A stretch of 64,000 bases of DNA. Origin: Polyangiaceae bacterium. Lineage in GTDB: Bacteria > Myxococcota_A > Polyangia > Polyangiales > Polyangiaceae. Positions 52,406-61,696 of this stretch are shown one piece after another. Below the pieces are notes generated by a model. It saw only the letters and a list, made by a program, of their open reading frames with translations. It did no database searches and was not told where the DNA came from. Position 1 is the stretch's first letter, and each line of letters begins with the position of its first letter. Made by a program: the position numbers and the translations under genes. The DNA is taken from contig CBDCTZ010000013.1 in the NCBI GenBank assembly GCA_965222375.1, positions 224,001 to 288,000 of the forward strand, given 5' to 3'.

Positions 52406-53628
52406 TGCACCATCTGGTTCATTTGAATGAGTGGCATCAGAATGGCCATGGCGATGAAGCCAACGATGCCGCCCAAGATCACGATCATGAGAGGCTCGAG
52501 CAGACTCGTGAGAGCGGCCACGCGAGTTTCGACGTCGGACTCGTAGGCCCGCGCCACGTTTTCCAGCATGCTCTCGAGCTGGCCACTGCGCTCACCGACG
52601 GCGATCATGTGGGTGACCATGGGCGGGAAGTGCCCGCTGCGCTTGAGGGGTTCGGCGATGCTTTCTCCCTCACGAATGGAGCCGATGGCCTCGGTGACCA
52701 CGCCCTCCAAGCGCTTGTTGCCCAAGACGTTGCGGCCGATCTCCATGGCCTTGAGCAGCGGCACACCGCTGGCGAGCAGGGTTGCCAAGGTCCGCGCAAA
52801 GCGGGAGAGAGCCACGAGCTGGTTGAGCCGTCCGAAGATGGGCCAGCGCAGACTCATGGAGTCCCACTTCAGTTTGCCTTCCGGGGTTCGATGCCAGCGC
52901 CGGAATGCGAAGAAGCTGACAACACCCAGCATGAGGATCAGCCACCAGTACCCAGACAGCACATCGGATACGAAAATCAGTACCGACGTGTACCAAGGCA
53001 ACGCCTGACCCAAGTTGTCGAAGATGCTGGTGACCTTCGGCACCACGGCGATCATCAAGAAGCTGACCAAGACCGCGCCGATCAGCGTCATCAACACCGG
53101 GTAAGCCAAGGCACCCAGCACTTTGCCCTTCAGCCGAGCCTGCCCCTCCATGAAGTCGGCCAAGCGCTCCAGCACACTCTCCAAGGTGCCGCTCTCCTCT
53201 CCGGCGGCGACCATGTTCACGTACAGTGGTGGGAACACCTTTGGGTGCGCCTCCAGGCTCTTGGCGAAGCCGGTTCCCTCGTTGAGGCTCTCGCGCACGG
53301 TGCTCAAGATGCGCACCAGGGTTTCCTTTTCCACCTGCTCGGAAAGCGCCTGGATGGAATCCAATAGAGGAACGCCAGCACGTACCAACGTCGCGAGCTG
53401 CCGGGTCATGACAGCAATGTCCGCCGACGAAGGACGACGCATGAACGCAAACAGATCGATTTCGCGCTTCTTCTTGGCTTTGCGTTCGCTCTCCTCGGTC
53501 GCCAAGGTGAGCAAAATCCCCTCGCGGCGAAGGGCCGAGCGCAAGGCCTTGACGTTGTCGGCATCCCGATAACCCTTCGCGGGTTTACCGCTTTCGATCT
53601 GGATGCCTTTGTATTCGTAGACCGCCAT
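52402..53628 (-). CDS. gspF: T2SS inner-membrane platform F
   Basis: TRQLATL, AGEESGTL, ALAYP, GERSGQL and LLEP. Confidence 0.95.
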   Translation of the reverse strand: MAVYEYKGIQIESGKPAKGYRDADNVKALRSALRREGILLTLATEESERKAKKKREIDLFAFMRRPSSADIAVMTRQLATLVRAGVPLLDSIQALSEQVEKETLVRILSTVRESLNEGTGFAKSLEAHPKVFPPLYVNMVAAGEESGTLESVLERLADFMEGQARLKGKVLGALAYPVLMTLIGAVLVSFLMIAVVPKVTSIFDNLGQALPWYTSVLIFVSDVLSGYWWLILMLGVVSFFAFRRWHRTPEGKLKWDSMSLRWPIFGRLNQLVALSRFARTLATLLASGVPLLKAMEIGRNVLGNKRLEGVVTEAIGSIREGESIAEPLKRSGHFPPMVTHMIAVGERSGQLESMLENVARAYESDVETRVAALTSLLEPLMIVILGGIVGFIAMAILMPLIQMNQMVQ

Positions 53629-53633
53629 GATGC

Positions 53634-55403
53634 TCACTCGTCGACGACGATGTCCTCCTGAGTGGCTGCCACGACTTCCTCGACGGTCGTGATCCCGGCG
53701 AGCACTTTGCGCGCACCGTCATCCCGCAGCGTGTCCATGCCCGAAGCCCGGGCGGCGCGCTTGATGGTCTGCGCGTCAGCGCTCTTGAGCACCAGGCCTC
53801 CGACCGTGTCGTCCATGACGAGCAGCTCGTAGATACCGCCGCGCCCGGTAAAACCTTTGCCCTCGCACGCGTCACAGCCCTTGGCTCGGTACAGGGTTGG
53901 CATCCCAGGCCCCCGCCAGCCCACCGGCGAGTAGGGGACATCGTGAACCTGGTAGTGGCCACTGAGTACCCGCTCGTCCCGCCAACGGGTCCGCTCGGGG
54001 TCGATGCCCAACTGTGTCAACTCGTGGTCGCTGGCCTCGTAGGGCTCCCGACACTCTTTGCACAATAGCCGCACCAAGCGCTGGGCCAGGATGCCGACGA
54101 CGGTGGAGCGCACCAAGAAGGGTTCGATCTCCATCTCTACGAGACGAGTGACCGCGCCGGCAGCATCGTTGGTGTGAATGGTGCTCAGCACCAGGTGACC
54201 GGTCATGGAGGCGTGGATGGCAATCTCTGCCGTTTCACGGTCTCGGATCTCGCCAACCATGATGACGTCCGGGTCTTGCCGCAAAAACGCCCGCAAAGCG
54301 CTGGCGAAGGTGAGCCCTATCTTGGGCTGCACCGGCAACTGATGGATGCCTTGGATCTCGTACTCGACCGGGTCTTCGGCGGTCAGGATGTTGATGTTTG
54401 GCCGATTGATCTTGTTCAGGCAGGCGTACAAGGTCGTCGTCTTGCCGCTGCCCGTGGGGCCTGTGACCAAGATGATTCCATTGGGTCGACGGATGAGCGC
54501 GCTCATGACGTGGTAGTCGCGCTCAGCGAAACCCAGCTCGTTCAAGTCGAGCAAGATGTTGGTCTTGTGCAGAAGCCGCATCACGATGCGCTCGTGATCT
54601 CGGCTGGTCGGAATGGTCGAGACACGGACATCGATGCTGCGGCCCGCGATGCGTAAGGAAATGCGGCCATCCTGAGGCAGTCGCTTTTCTGCAATGTTGA
54701 GCCCGGCCATGATCTTGACGCGGGCCAACACGCTGGAGAGAAACTGGCGACTCGCGCGGCGCGCGACATAAAGCTGGCCATCGATACGGAAACGCACCGC
54801 GACCTCTTTTTCCTCCGGCTCGATGTGAATATCGCTCGCCCGTTCTTTCACCGCACTGAAGAACAAGCCGTTCACCCAGCGAATGATCGGCGCGTCTTCG
54901 TCGGACTCCAGGATGTCGACTTCGTTGTCGTCCCGGATTTCCTCATCGCTCTCGAGTTCGCCGCTGGTGTCTTGACGTTCGTAGACACGGTTGATCGCGT
55001 CCACGACGACGTCGGGAGCGGCCACGTGGGTGACCACTACTTTTCCGAACGTCGCCCGGACATCGTCAATCGCGTCGGTGTCCAAAGGGTCCCCGCACAC
55101 CAGATCGACGTGATCGTCGCTTTCCCCGACCACCAACAGCTTGTGGTTCTTGGCGTAAGTGATGGGAAGCGTCGTGGCCGTCGCTAGGGGCACGGCGTCG
55201 ATATCCACCTTTTGGATGAAGGGAAGCCCACACTCGTCCGCTAACGCCTGCGCCACCTGAGACTCACTCGCCTCTTTGGACTGCACCAGCAGCTCGACGA
55301 GGCCAGTGCCGCGCTCACGCTGTTGCTCGTAGAGGGGCTCCAGCACGTCCGGCGCGACCACGCCACGGCGAATCAAGATGTTGCCGAGGGCGCGCTGCTC
55401 CAC
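53634..55403 (-). CDS. gspE: T2SS ATPase E
   Basis: ASDIHIEP, GPTGSGKTTT, LRQDPDVIMVGEIRD, TGHLVLSTIH and two CxxC. Confidence 0.95.
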   Translation of the reverse strand: MEQRALGNILIRRGVVAPDVLEPLYEQQRERGTGLVELLVQSKEASESQVAQALADECGLPFIQKVDIDAVPLATATTLPITYAKNHKLLVVGESDDHVDLVCGDPLDTDAIDDVRATFGKVVVTHVAAPDVVVDAINRVYERQDTSGELESDEEIRDDNEVDILESDEDAPIIRWVNGLFFSAVKERASDIHIEPEEKEVAVRFRIDGQLYVARRASRQFLSSVLARVKIMAGLNIAEKRLPQDGRISLRIAGRSIDVRVSTIPTSRDHERIVMRLLHKTNILLDLNELGFAERDYHVMSALIRRPNGIILVTGPTGSGKTTTLYACLNKINRPNINILTAEDPVEYEIQGIHQLPVQPKIGLTFASALRAFLRQDPDVIMVGEIRDRETAEIAIHASMTGHLVLSTIHTNDAAGAVTRLVEMEIEPFLVRSTVVGILAQRLVRLLCKECREPYEASDHELTQLGIDPERTRWRDERVLSGHYQVHDVPYSPVGWRGPGMPTLYRAKGCDACEGKGFTGRGGIYELLVMDDTVGGLVLKSADAQTIKRAARASGMDTLRDDGARKVLAGITTVEEVVAATQEDIVVDE

Positions 55404-55405
55404 CG

Positions 55406-57928
55406 CTACTCCACCCGTTGAACGCTACGCGCGACTGGGTTGATGTTGATAGCAGGCTGTGGCGGCAGCTCCGTGCGTGGACGCGGCGCCGGCCGAGCCG
55501 GGGGCCGCACCGGCGTCTTGGGTCGCGGGCGGGGTCGCGGGCGAGGACGCGGGCGAGCAGCCGGGGGCTTTGGAGCGGCGCCGGCGGGCTTGGCCACGTG
55601 CGGCAGCTCGATGGGCTCCGAGGGTTTGTGCTCCTTGGGGCCTTGGGGCGCGCTTTCCTTCTCCAAGCGGAGGCGCTCATCCAACTGCCGATACGCCTGA
55701 CGGATGTCTTCCACCAAGCCATTGGTGCGGGTGTAGTCCCGGGGCGGCGTCCAGTTCTGACCCGAGAACACGAAGTAGCGGTCCAGGAACTCCTGGCGCT
55801 CCTGCATCTTGCGCTCGAAGATCTTGCGCAGGTCGGTCTGATTGCTGATCACCGTCGGGGTCAAGATGAGCAGCAGGTTCGTCTTCCGGGTGGCTTCTTC
55901 CGTCTGTCGAAACAGAAAGCCCAGCACCGGTAAGTCCCCCAGCACGGGCACTTTGCGACGGCTCTTGACGACGGCGTCGCGCATCAACCCGCCGATGACG
56001 ATGGTCTGCTGGTCGTCCACCACCACGGTGGTGTTCGCAGTGCGCTTGGTGATCGACACGGCGCCGAGGGCACCGCTGGTAGCGCCTCGCTCGCTGATCT
56101 CCTGCTCGATTTCCAGGCGGACCTGATTCGACTCGTTGATGTGGGGTGTGACCTTGATCTTCGTGCCGACGTCCTGGCGCGGCGTATTGAAACCCTGGCC
56201 GCCGAGGAACTGCAGCGGGTTCACCTGGCCAGCGGGCTGTCCGGGGATGGGAAACGGCAGACCGGCACCGCCTCCGCCCAAGTTCTCCTGCAGGGGGATG
56301 TTCTCACCAACGCTGATTTCGGCCGGCGTGTTGTCCGTGGCGAGAATGTGAGGCGTGGCCAACACATTTGCGTCGCCACTCTGCGCCAGGGCGTTGAGCA
56401 CGATGCCGAAAGCGGGAATCGAAAGGCCTGTGGGCAGCAAGTTGCTCGTGCCCGCGAGCTCCGGACCCCGAGCGCCGAGGGCAACGCCCTGAAGCAGATC
56501 CGGGTTGGCGGGAAAGGTCAGAGAGTTGCCCGCCTCGAAGCCGCCGAGAAAGAGCGAGTCACTGCCGCCGCCCAAGTCCGCGGTGGTACCACCGTGAAAC
56601 GAAACGCCCAATCGCATCGAGTGGTCGATGGACACGTCCATGATCACCGCCTCGATGAATACCTGGCGGCGCGCCATGTCGAGGCGGTCGACGACCAAGC
56701 GCATGTTCGCGTAGTCCCGCCCCGATGACGTGATGATGAGGGAGTTCGTGGCCTTGTCGGGAATGACCTTGACCTCGCCGTCGAACATGCCGCCGCCCGT
56801 GCCGCCCCCAGGTTGGCCCGGCTGACCAGGCCGCCCGCCGGCGGAACCCGTGAGCATCTGGTTGAGCACGTTGGCCAGCTCCTCCGCCGTCGCATGCTGC
56901 AGAGGCAACACCCGCACGCGCCCCTCGGAGGTGGGCTTGACGTCGACCCGCTTGAGCAACTGCAAAAGCTTCAGGTACGAGTCCTCAGTACCAACCACGA
57001 TCAAAGAGTTGGTCTGCTCGTCGGCGACGACTTTGCTCAAACCTCCCCCGCCCCCGCCTCCGGGCTGACCGGGCTTACCGCCGGACAACTCGAATAGCTC
57101 GTTGATGCGCTTGGCCATGTCCGCCGCTGAACCGTAGTGCACGGGCTCGATCCACATCCGACTGCCGGCACCACCGACGTCGATCTCTTCAATCAATCGG
57201 ATCATGCGTCGGACCTGGGAACCCGTGTCCGTGATGATGAGCAACTGCCCCGGCGCGTGAATGCTCAAGTCGCCTTCTTTGCTCTTGAACTTGGTGAGCA
57301 ATTGGCTCGCTTCTTCAGCCGAAACGTATTTCAGTCGGTATAGCCGGGTGATGAAGCGATCGACATTGGGCACCGGAGCGCCCCGGGAGTACACCGGCGT
57401 GGTCCGGGCAACGACGCCGCCACTGTCCACGATCTTCAAGAAGCGACCGTGAGGAATGACCGTCATCCCATTCGCTTCGAGGATTGACAGGAACGCCTGA
57501 TACGCTTCAGCCAGGCTGACCGGCGCCGGAGAAACGACGGTAGCCTTGATCTGTCGGATCTTCGGTCCATAGATGAACCGCTTGCCGGTCATTCCGCTGA
57601 TGTGATTGACCAACTCCGCAAGGTCCGCGTCCTGCAGGTTGAACTTGACCTTGTGCCCCATGGGCTTGGCCTTGAAGGGCACGCCCGCCGCTTTGGCGAT
57701 GGAGTCCATGTTGTTGGGCAGCGCGCCCTTGGCCCCAGGGGGCGGCTTGTCCGGTACCGCCGCAGGTTTGCCGGTGGCGGGCTGCTTGGGCAACTTCAAC
57801 GGGTTGCGCGGTGCCGCCGCTCCAGGCTTGGAACGGATCGGCGGAGCTTGCTGCGCGAAGGCGATACTGGACACGCCTGCAAGGACGAGCGCCAATCCAG
57901 TGGCTTTGAATCGGAGACTGCGGGTCAT
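55406..57928 (-). CDS. gspD: T2SS secretin D
   Basis: Signal peptide, N-domains, RRQVFIEAVI, DVGTKIKVTPHIN and KVPVLGDLPVLGFLF. Confidence 0.95.
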   Translation of the reverse strand: MTRSLRFKATGLALVLAGVSSIAFAQQAPPIRSKPGAAAPRNPLKLPKQPATGKPAAVPDKPPPGAKGALPNNMDSIAKAAGVPFKAKPMGHKVKFNLQDADLAELVNHISGMTGKRFIYGPKIRQIKATVVSPAPVSLAEAYQAFLSILEANGMTVIPHGRFLKIVDSGGVVARTTPVYSRGAPVPNVDRFITRLYRLKYVSAEEASQLLTKFKSKEGDLSIHAPGQLLIITDTGSQVRRMIRLIEEIDVGGAGSRMWIEPVHYGSAADMAKRINELFELSGGKPGQPGGGGGGGLSKVVADEQTNSLIVVGTEDSYLKLLQLLKRVDVKPTSEGRVRVLPLQHATAEELANVLNQMLTGSAGGRPGQPGQPGGGTGGGMFDGEVKVIPDKATNSLIITSSGRDYANMRLVVDRLDMARRQVFIEAVIMDVSIDHSMRLGVSFHGGTTADLGGGSDSLFLGGFEAGNSLTFPANPDLLQGVALGARGPELAGTSNLLPTGLSIPAFGIVLNALAQSGDANVLATPHILATDNTPAEISVGENIPLQENLGGGGAGLPFPIPGQPAGQVNPLQFLGGQGFNTPRQDVGTKIKVTPHINESNQVRLEIEQEISERGATSGALGAVSITKRTANTTVVVDDQQTIVIGGLMRDAVVKSRRKVPVLGDLPVLGFLFRQTEEATRKTNLLLILTPTVISNQTDLRKIFERKMQERQEFLDRYFVFSGQNWTPPRDYTRTNGLVEDIRQAYRQLDERLRLEKESAPQGPKEHKPSEPIELPHVAKPAGAAPKPPAARPRPRPRPRPRPKTPVRPPARPAPRPRTELPPQPAININPVARSVQRVE

Positions 57929-57932
57929 CGGC

Positions 57933-58931
57933 TCACTTGATTCGGAAATCGATGCTCATGGGTTTTCCGCGCCGGTTGACCTTCACGTTCAGGTTGCTTG
58001 CCGTACGCAGACGGGCATAGGCCTCGAGGGCTTTCTCGGGGCTGGCCATGTTGAAACCGTTGATGGACTCCAGCCGGTCGCCGTTCTGGAATCCCAAGGT
58101 GCCGAGCAAGGTGTCCTTGCGGATCCCGAACATGCGAATACCGACGACCTTGCCGGCCTGCTGCTCGGGCACGATGCGCGCCGAGCGCATCAGCTCGGCC
58201 TGGTTTTCCAGGATCTTGTCGACCACCGAGCGGTCCACGTTGAACTCGGTTTCGCTGATCTTCTGGATCTTGTTCTTGATGTCGTCGGGCACCTTCGAGG
58301 GCCCGCGACGCCCGGGCCGCTTGGGCCTTGTGGGCGCGGGCTTCGCCGCGACCTTCTTGGGCTGGGCGGCGGGCTGCGGTGCGAACAGCAGCGCCTGACA
58401 CAAGGACGACCCCTCACGCATCCACACGGCCGGGCTCGCTTCCACCGGGTTGTAGCCGATGTACTCGACGGCGCTGTTGCCCACCTGGTCCCCGGCACGC
58501 CGAATCGTGGGCTTGGCATCCCCGGGCCCTTGCAGCGCAGCAATGGACCACAGCGGATCCGGCGACTCGGTGACGATGCTGACCCGAACGCTCGAACAAC
58601 GCGGCGCCGCCAAAGGGTTCGACAGGTCCACCTCGGAGCCTGGGTCGTCAGGCATCTCGAGGGGCTTGGCGTTCAGCGGACCGGTGACGTGATCAAAGGG
58701 GTTGCGGGATAGAATCGGTTCCGCGCTCTTGGATCGCTTCGTGGCCTTCTGGGCCATCAATTTGGCGACGTCCGGGGATTGTTTCGGCTTCGAAGCCAGC
58801 AGCTTCTCGTCCACGGACAGCGCCGCACCGAACAACTCCGTCGTGCCCGAAGCCTGGAAGTAAGCCATCATCGCGACCATTGTCAGGATCACGACGGTGA
58901 AATACTTCTTGAGTAGGGCGTCGATGGGCAC
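57933..58931 (-). CDS. gspC: T2SS protein C with PDZ domain
   Basis: TM, RNPF, GFQNGD.LESING and V.VNRRG. Confidence 0.88.
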   Translation of the reverse strand: MPIDALLKKYFTVVILTMVAMMAYFQASGTTELFGAALSVDEKLLASKPKQSPDVAKLMAQKATKRSKSAEPILSRNPFDHVTGPLNAKPLEMPDDPGSEVDLSNPLAAPRCSSVRVSIVTESPDPLWSIAALQGPGDAKPTIRRAGDQVGNSAVEYIGYNPVEASPAVWMREGSSLCQALLFAPQPAAQPKKVAAKPAPTRPKRPGRRGPSKVPDDIKNKIQKISETEFNVDRSVVDKILENQAELMRSARIVPEQQAGKVVGIRMFGIRKDTLLGTLGFQNGDRLESINGFNMASPEKALEAYARLRTASNLNVKVNRRGKPMSIDFRIK

Positions 58932-59067
58932 GAGAGCTAGGTTTGTCGTTCAGTCCGTCCCTCTGGATGCACCCGTCGCGGACGCCCCGCAGGCAGCGCC
59001 TGCGAGAGGGGGCCGGCATATCGGCGGGCCCCCAGGAGGGAACACAGAGATGTGCGGCACTCCTTAG

Positions 59068-59083
59068 AGCGAAACCCGTGCCA
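59068..59083 (-). promoter_or_regulatory. sigma54-type promoter for the gsp operon
   Basis: TGGCAC-GGGTT-TCGCT with correct GG-N10-GC spacing. Confidence 0.6.
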
Positions 59084-59253
59084 GGGGTCAATGGGCAAAA
59101 ACATGCGAAATCCTTGAACTTGTTTGCGCAGCCCCGCGCCATCCTGACAGAAACGGTGCGTAACAAGCGTGCAGGGTGACATTCTGTCAATCCATTCTTC
59201 GTGGCGCCGCATCCTCAGTCGGGACAGGGTCTCGACACCGAAGGAGGTGCCCC

Positions 59254-59499
59254 ATGGCAAAGCACAACAATTTCAACGACCTCCCGTCCTTTCGAACGCA
59301 CGAGCAAGCGCCAGCGCGGCTACCCGTCCGAAACGCGGGTGAAACGCGGCTACCGCGTGGTGCATGGCGACAAGGTCCTGGAAGAGAAGTTGGGCCGAAA
59401 CGATCCCCGTCCCTGCGGCTCTGGCCACCGCTTTTAGGCGCTGTTGCCTGAGATCCGGCCGCTTCGAGGGCGCCAATCGTCAGGATTATTTTTAGGTAG
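59254..59499 (+). other. SEC-C-motif small gene split over successive +1 frames (recoded gene or pseudogene)
   Basis: SD AAGGAGGT, ATG 59254; [13 protein letters not shown] | ERTSKR...[16 protein letters not shown] | RRCCLRSGRFEGANRQDYF. Confidence 0.65.
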
Positions 59500-59613
59500 A
59501 GGCAACAGAGCTGAACTGGCGCGACCCTGCGCAAACCGCGGGGCCGCTCGCACGCGGTGCGAATGCGGGCGGCGGCTCCGCGCTGGCGGGCCATGCCCCG
59601 CGCACGGGGCGCC

Positions 59614-61104
59614 TTAGCGGCGCTTCTTCGAATCGAGTGCCGCTTCGATCCGCTCGCAGCACGCCTCCAGCACTTTGACTCGGGCGTAGCGCTTGTCCTC
59701 TGCCTCCACGAGGACCCAGGGAGCAAACTCCGTACTCGTGCGTTCGACCATCTCCGATGCCGCTTCTTCGTAGGCGTTCCACTTCTCCCGATTGCGGAAG
59801 TCCTCGGGACCGAGCTTGTAGTGCTTCCAGGGCTCACGCTCCCTGGCTTGGAAGCGCGCGAGTTGCTCTTCGCGGCTGATGTGCATCCAGTACTTCACGA
59901 CGATAGTGCCGTGCTCAACGAGCTGTTCTTCGAAGTCGTTGATCTCTTTGAAGCTGCGACGCCATTGCTGCTCAGTGGCGAAGCCCTCCACTCGTTCGAC
60001 CAATACTCGTCCGTACCAGCTGCGATCGTAAATGCTCACTTGGCCGCGCCGGGGCAGGTGCCGCCAAAACCTCCACAAGTAGTGATGCGCACGCTCTTCG
60101 TCCGTCGGTGCCGCGACTGAAATCAGGCGATACTGCCTCGCATCCAGCGCGCGCGTGATTCGCCGGATCGCGCCTCCTTTGCCCCCGGCGTCCCAACCCT
60201 CGAACACCAGAGTCAATCCGCGCTTTTTCTTCCGGATCTTGCGACTCAGGGCGTTGAGGCGAGCCTGCGCGACTTCGAGTCGCTCGGTGTACTCGCCACG
60301 CTCGAGCTTCTTACCCAGGTCGAGAGTATCCAAGATGGTGTCGGGATCCGGCGCTTCGATGCTGGCGGGCTTGCGCTCCCCAGACGCCGGCGGCGACTCC
60401 AACCGCGTGGCGATGCGTTCCGCGAGGTGTTCTGCAATGGCTACGTTGCGATAGTTCGGATCCGTGCCCTCGATGATTGTCCAGGGTGCCAGGCCCGTAC
60501 TGGTGTGACGAATTGCGCGCTCGCAGACGCTTCGGAACTCCGCGTAGCGATCGTGGCGCTTCCAGTCTTCGTCTGTCACCCGCCAACGTGTGCGCTTGGA
60601 CTTGGACAGTTTCTTGAAGCGCTTCTTCTGCTCGGCCCTGCTGATGTGGATCCAAAACTTGACGACCAGCGTGCCATTCAGCGCCAGCCCGCGCTCGAAG
60701 TCGATGGCGCGCTGCATCGCGAAGTCCAGATCTGCATCGGTGCTCGAACCCATCACGCGTCGAACGATCGGGTCCGTGTACCAAGAGCCGAGGAAGACTG
60801 CGACTGTGCCCTTGGGGGGTGTTGCCATCCAGAAACGCCAAAAGCTGGGACGCTCTCGCTCTTCCTCGGAGGGTGGCCCCAAAGCATGAGTGACCAGGTG
60901 GCGTGCATCCATCCATTCGAACAGCAGGTTGAGCACATCGCCTTTTCCCGCGCCCTCCACGCCGCCGATGAGCACCACCACAGAGAACTGGGGATCGTCC
61001 ACGAGCTGGTGCTGCAACTGAAGCAGCCGTGTACGTACCTCCCCGCTTCGTTTCTCGTGCTCGTCCTTGCTCAGCTTCCGATGTAGCTCCGCAGTCTCGA
61101 ACAT
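59614..61104 (-). CDS. pap: Polyphosphate:AMP phosphotransferase (two-domain PPK2)
   Basis: MFETAEL start; GVEGAGKG and EGWDAGGKGG Walker A motifs; DRSWYGRVLVERVEG. Confidence 0.92.
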   Translation of the reverse strand: MFETAELHRKLSKDEHEKRSGEVRTRLLQLQHQLVDDPQFSVVVLIGGVEGAGKGDVLNLLFEWMDARHLVTHALGPPSEEERERPSFWRFWMATPPKGTVAVFLGSWYTDPIVRRVMGSSTDADLDFAMQRAIDFERGLALNGTLVVKFWIHISRAEQKKRFKKLSKSKRTRWRVTDEDWKRHDRYAEFRSVCERAIRHTSTGLAPWTIIEGTDPNYRNVAIAEHLAERIATRLESPPASGERKPASIEAPDPDTILDTLDLGKKLERGEYTERLEVAQARLNALSRKIRKKKRGLTLVFEGWDAGGKGGAIRRITRALDARQYRLISVAAPTDEERAHHYLWRFWRHLPRRGQVSIYDRSWYGRVLVERVEGFATEQQWRRSFKEINDFEEQLVEHGTIVVKYWMHISREEQLARFQAREREPWKHYKLGPEDFRNREKWNAYEEAASEMVERTSTEFAPWVLVEAEDKRYARVKVLEACCERIEAALDSKKRR

Positions 61105-61261
61105 GGCCTCAGGGTAACGCGCCTCGCGCATCGAGCAGCGCGAAGATTGTGCGCGCCACCCGCAAGTCTTGCCTCATCCACCCGGTACGTCGATGTATCG
61201 TCCAGCTCGCGATGAGCAACTAGGGAGGCAGCGCGCACAGCACACCCCGGGCGCCCGCTAC

Positions 61262-61436
61262 ATGTCCAATTAGACATTGCTCATGGCTTCAATAGTAGCG
61301 GCCTTTCTCGTCGTCGAATGCGGGATGCGTATCGCCCAGGTCGAGCCCGTTCCGTTCCGAAAATCCAAACATCGTCCACCCCAGCGCCGCCGCCCACGAA
61401 GTCATCGCCACCGCCCTCGCCGGTTCCCTGCGCTGA
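61262..61436 (+). pseudogene. Possible collapsed membrane-anchored SGNH-hydrolase gene
   Basis: Anchor-like LLMASIVAAFLVVECGMR next to, in another frame, NIVHPSAAAHEVIATAL*; in-frame TAG at the 5' end. Confidence 0.3.
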
Positions 61437-61485
61437 AACCGGTAAAGTTTCTTCGGTTTCTCGACCTTCCCGCTCGGAACCACGG

Positions 61486-61518
61486 CTTGGCGGCCTTGGC
61501 GTTCTTGGCGACTTGGCG
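61486..61518. repeat. Four CTTGGCG copies at 8-9 nt period
   Basis: Copies at 61486, 61495, 61504 and 61512. Confidence 0.8.
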
Positions 61519-61696
61519 GTTCTCCTCCAAGGCCTCAGCCAGGACAAGCGCCACACCCTCGAAGGAGGGCGGAGATCTGTAGAATCATGAGCCGACCCGG
61601 TAAGAACTCCCGATGACGCCTCGAGACGCCACATCCCCGAAAAAACAATCGGGCGACTTACCGAAGCCAATCACGGCGCGGCGTGCGCCACGGCGG

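Noticed and set aside
55490..55560. (Pro-Arg)n repeat at the GspD C-terminus
   Set aside because: Ordinary low-complexity tail.
59203..59580. Calling a functional tRNA or tmRNA gene
   Set aside because: Weak T-stem, CCG instead of CCA, no anticodon stem, and no tmRNA acceptor identity or tag; kept only as a hypothesis.
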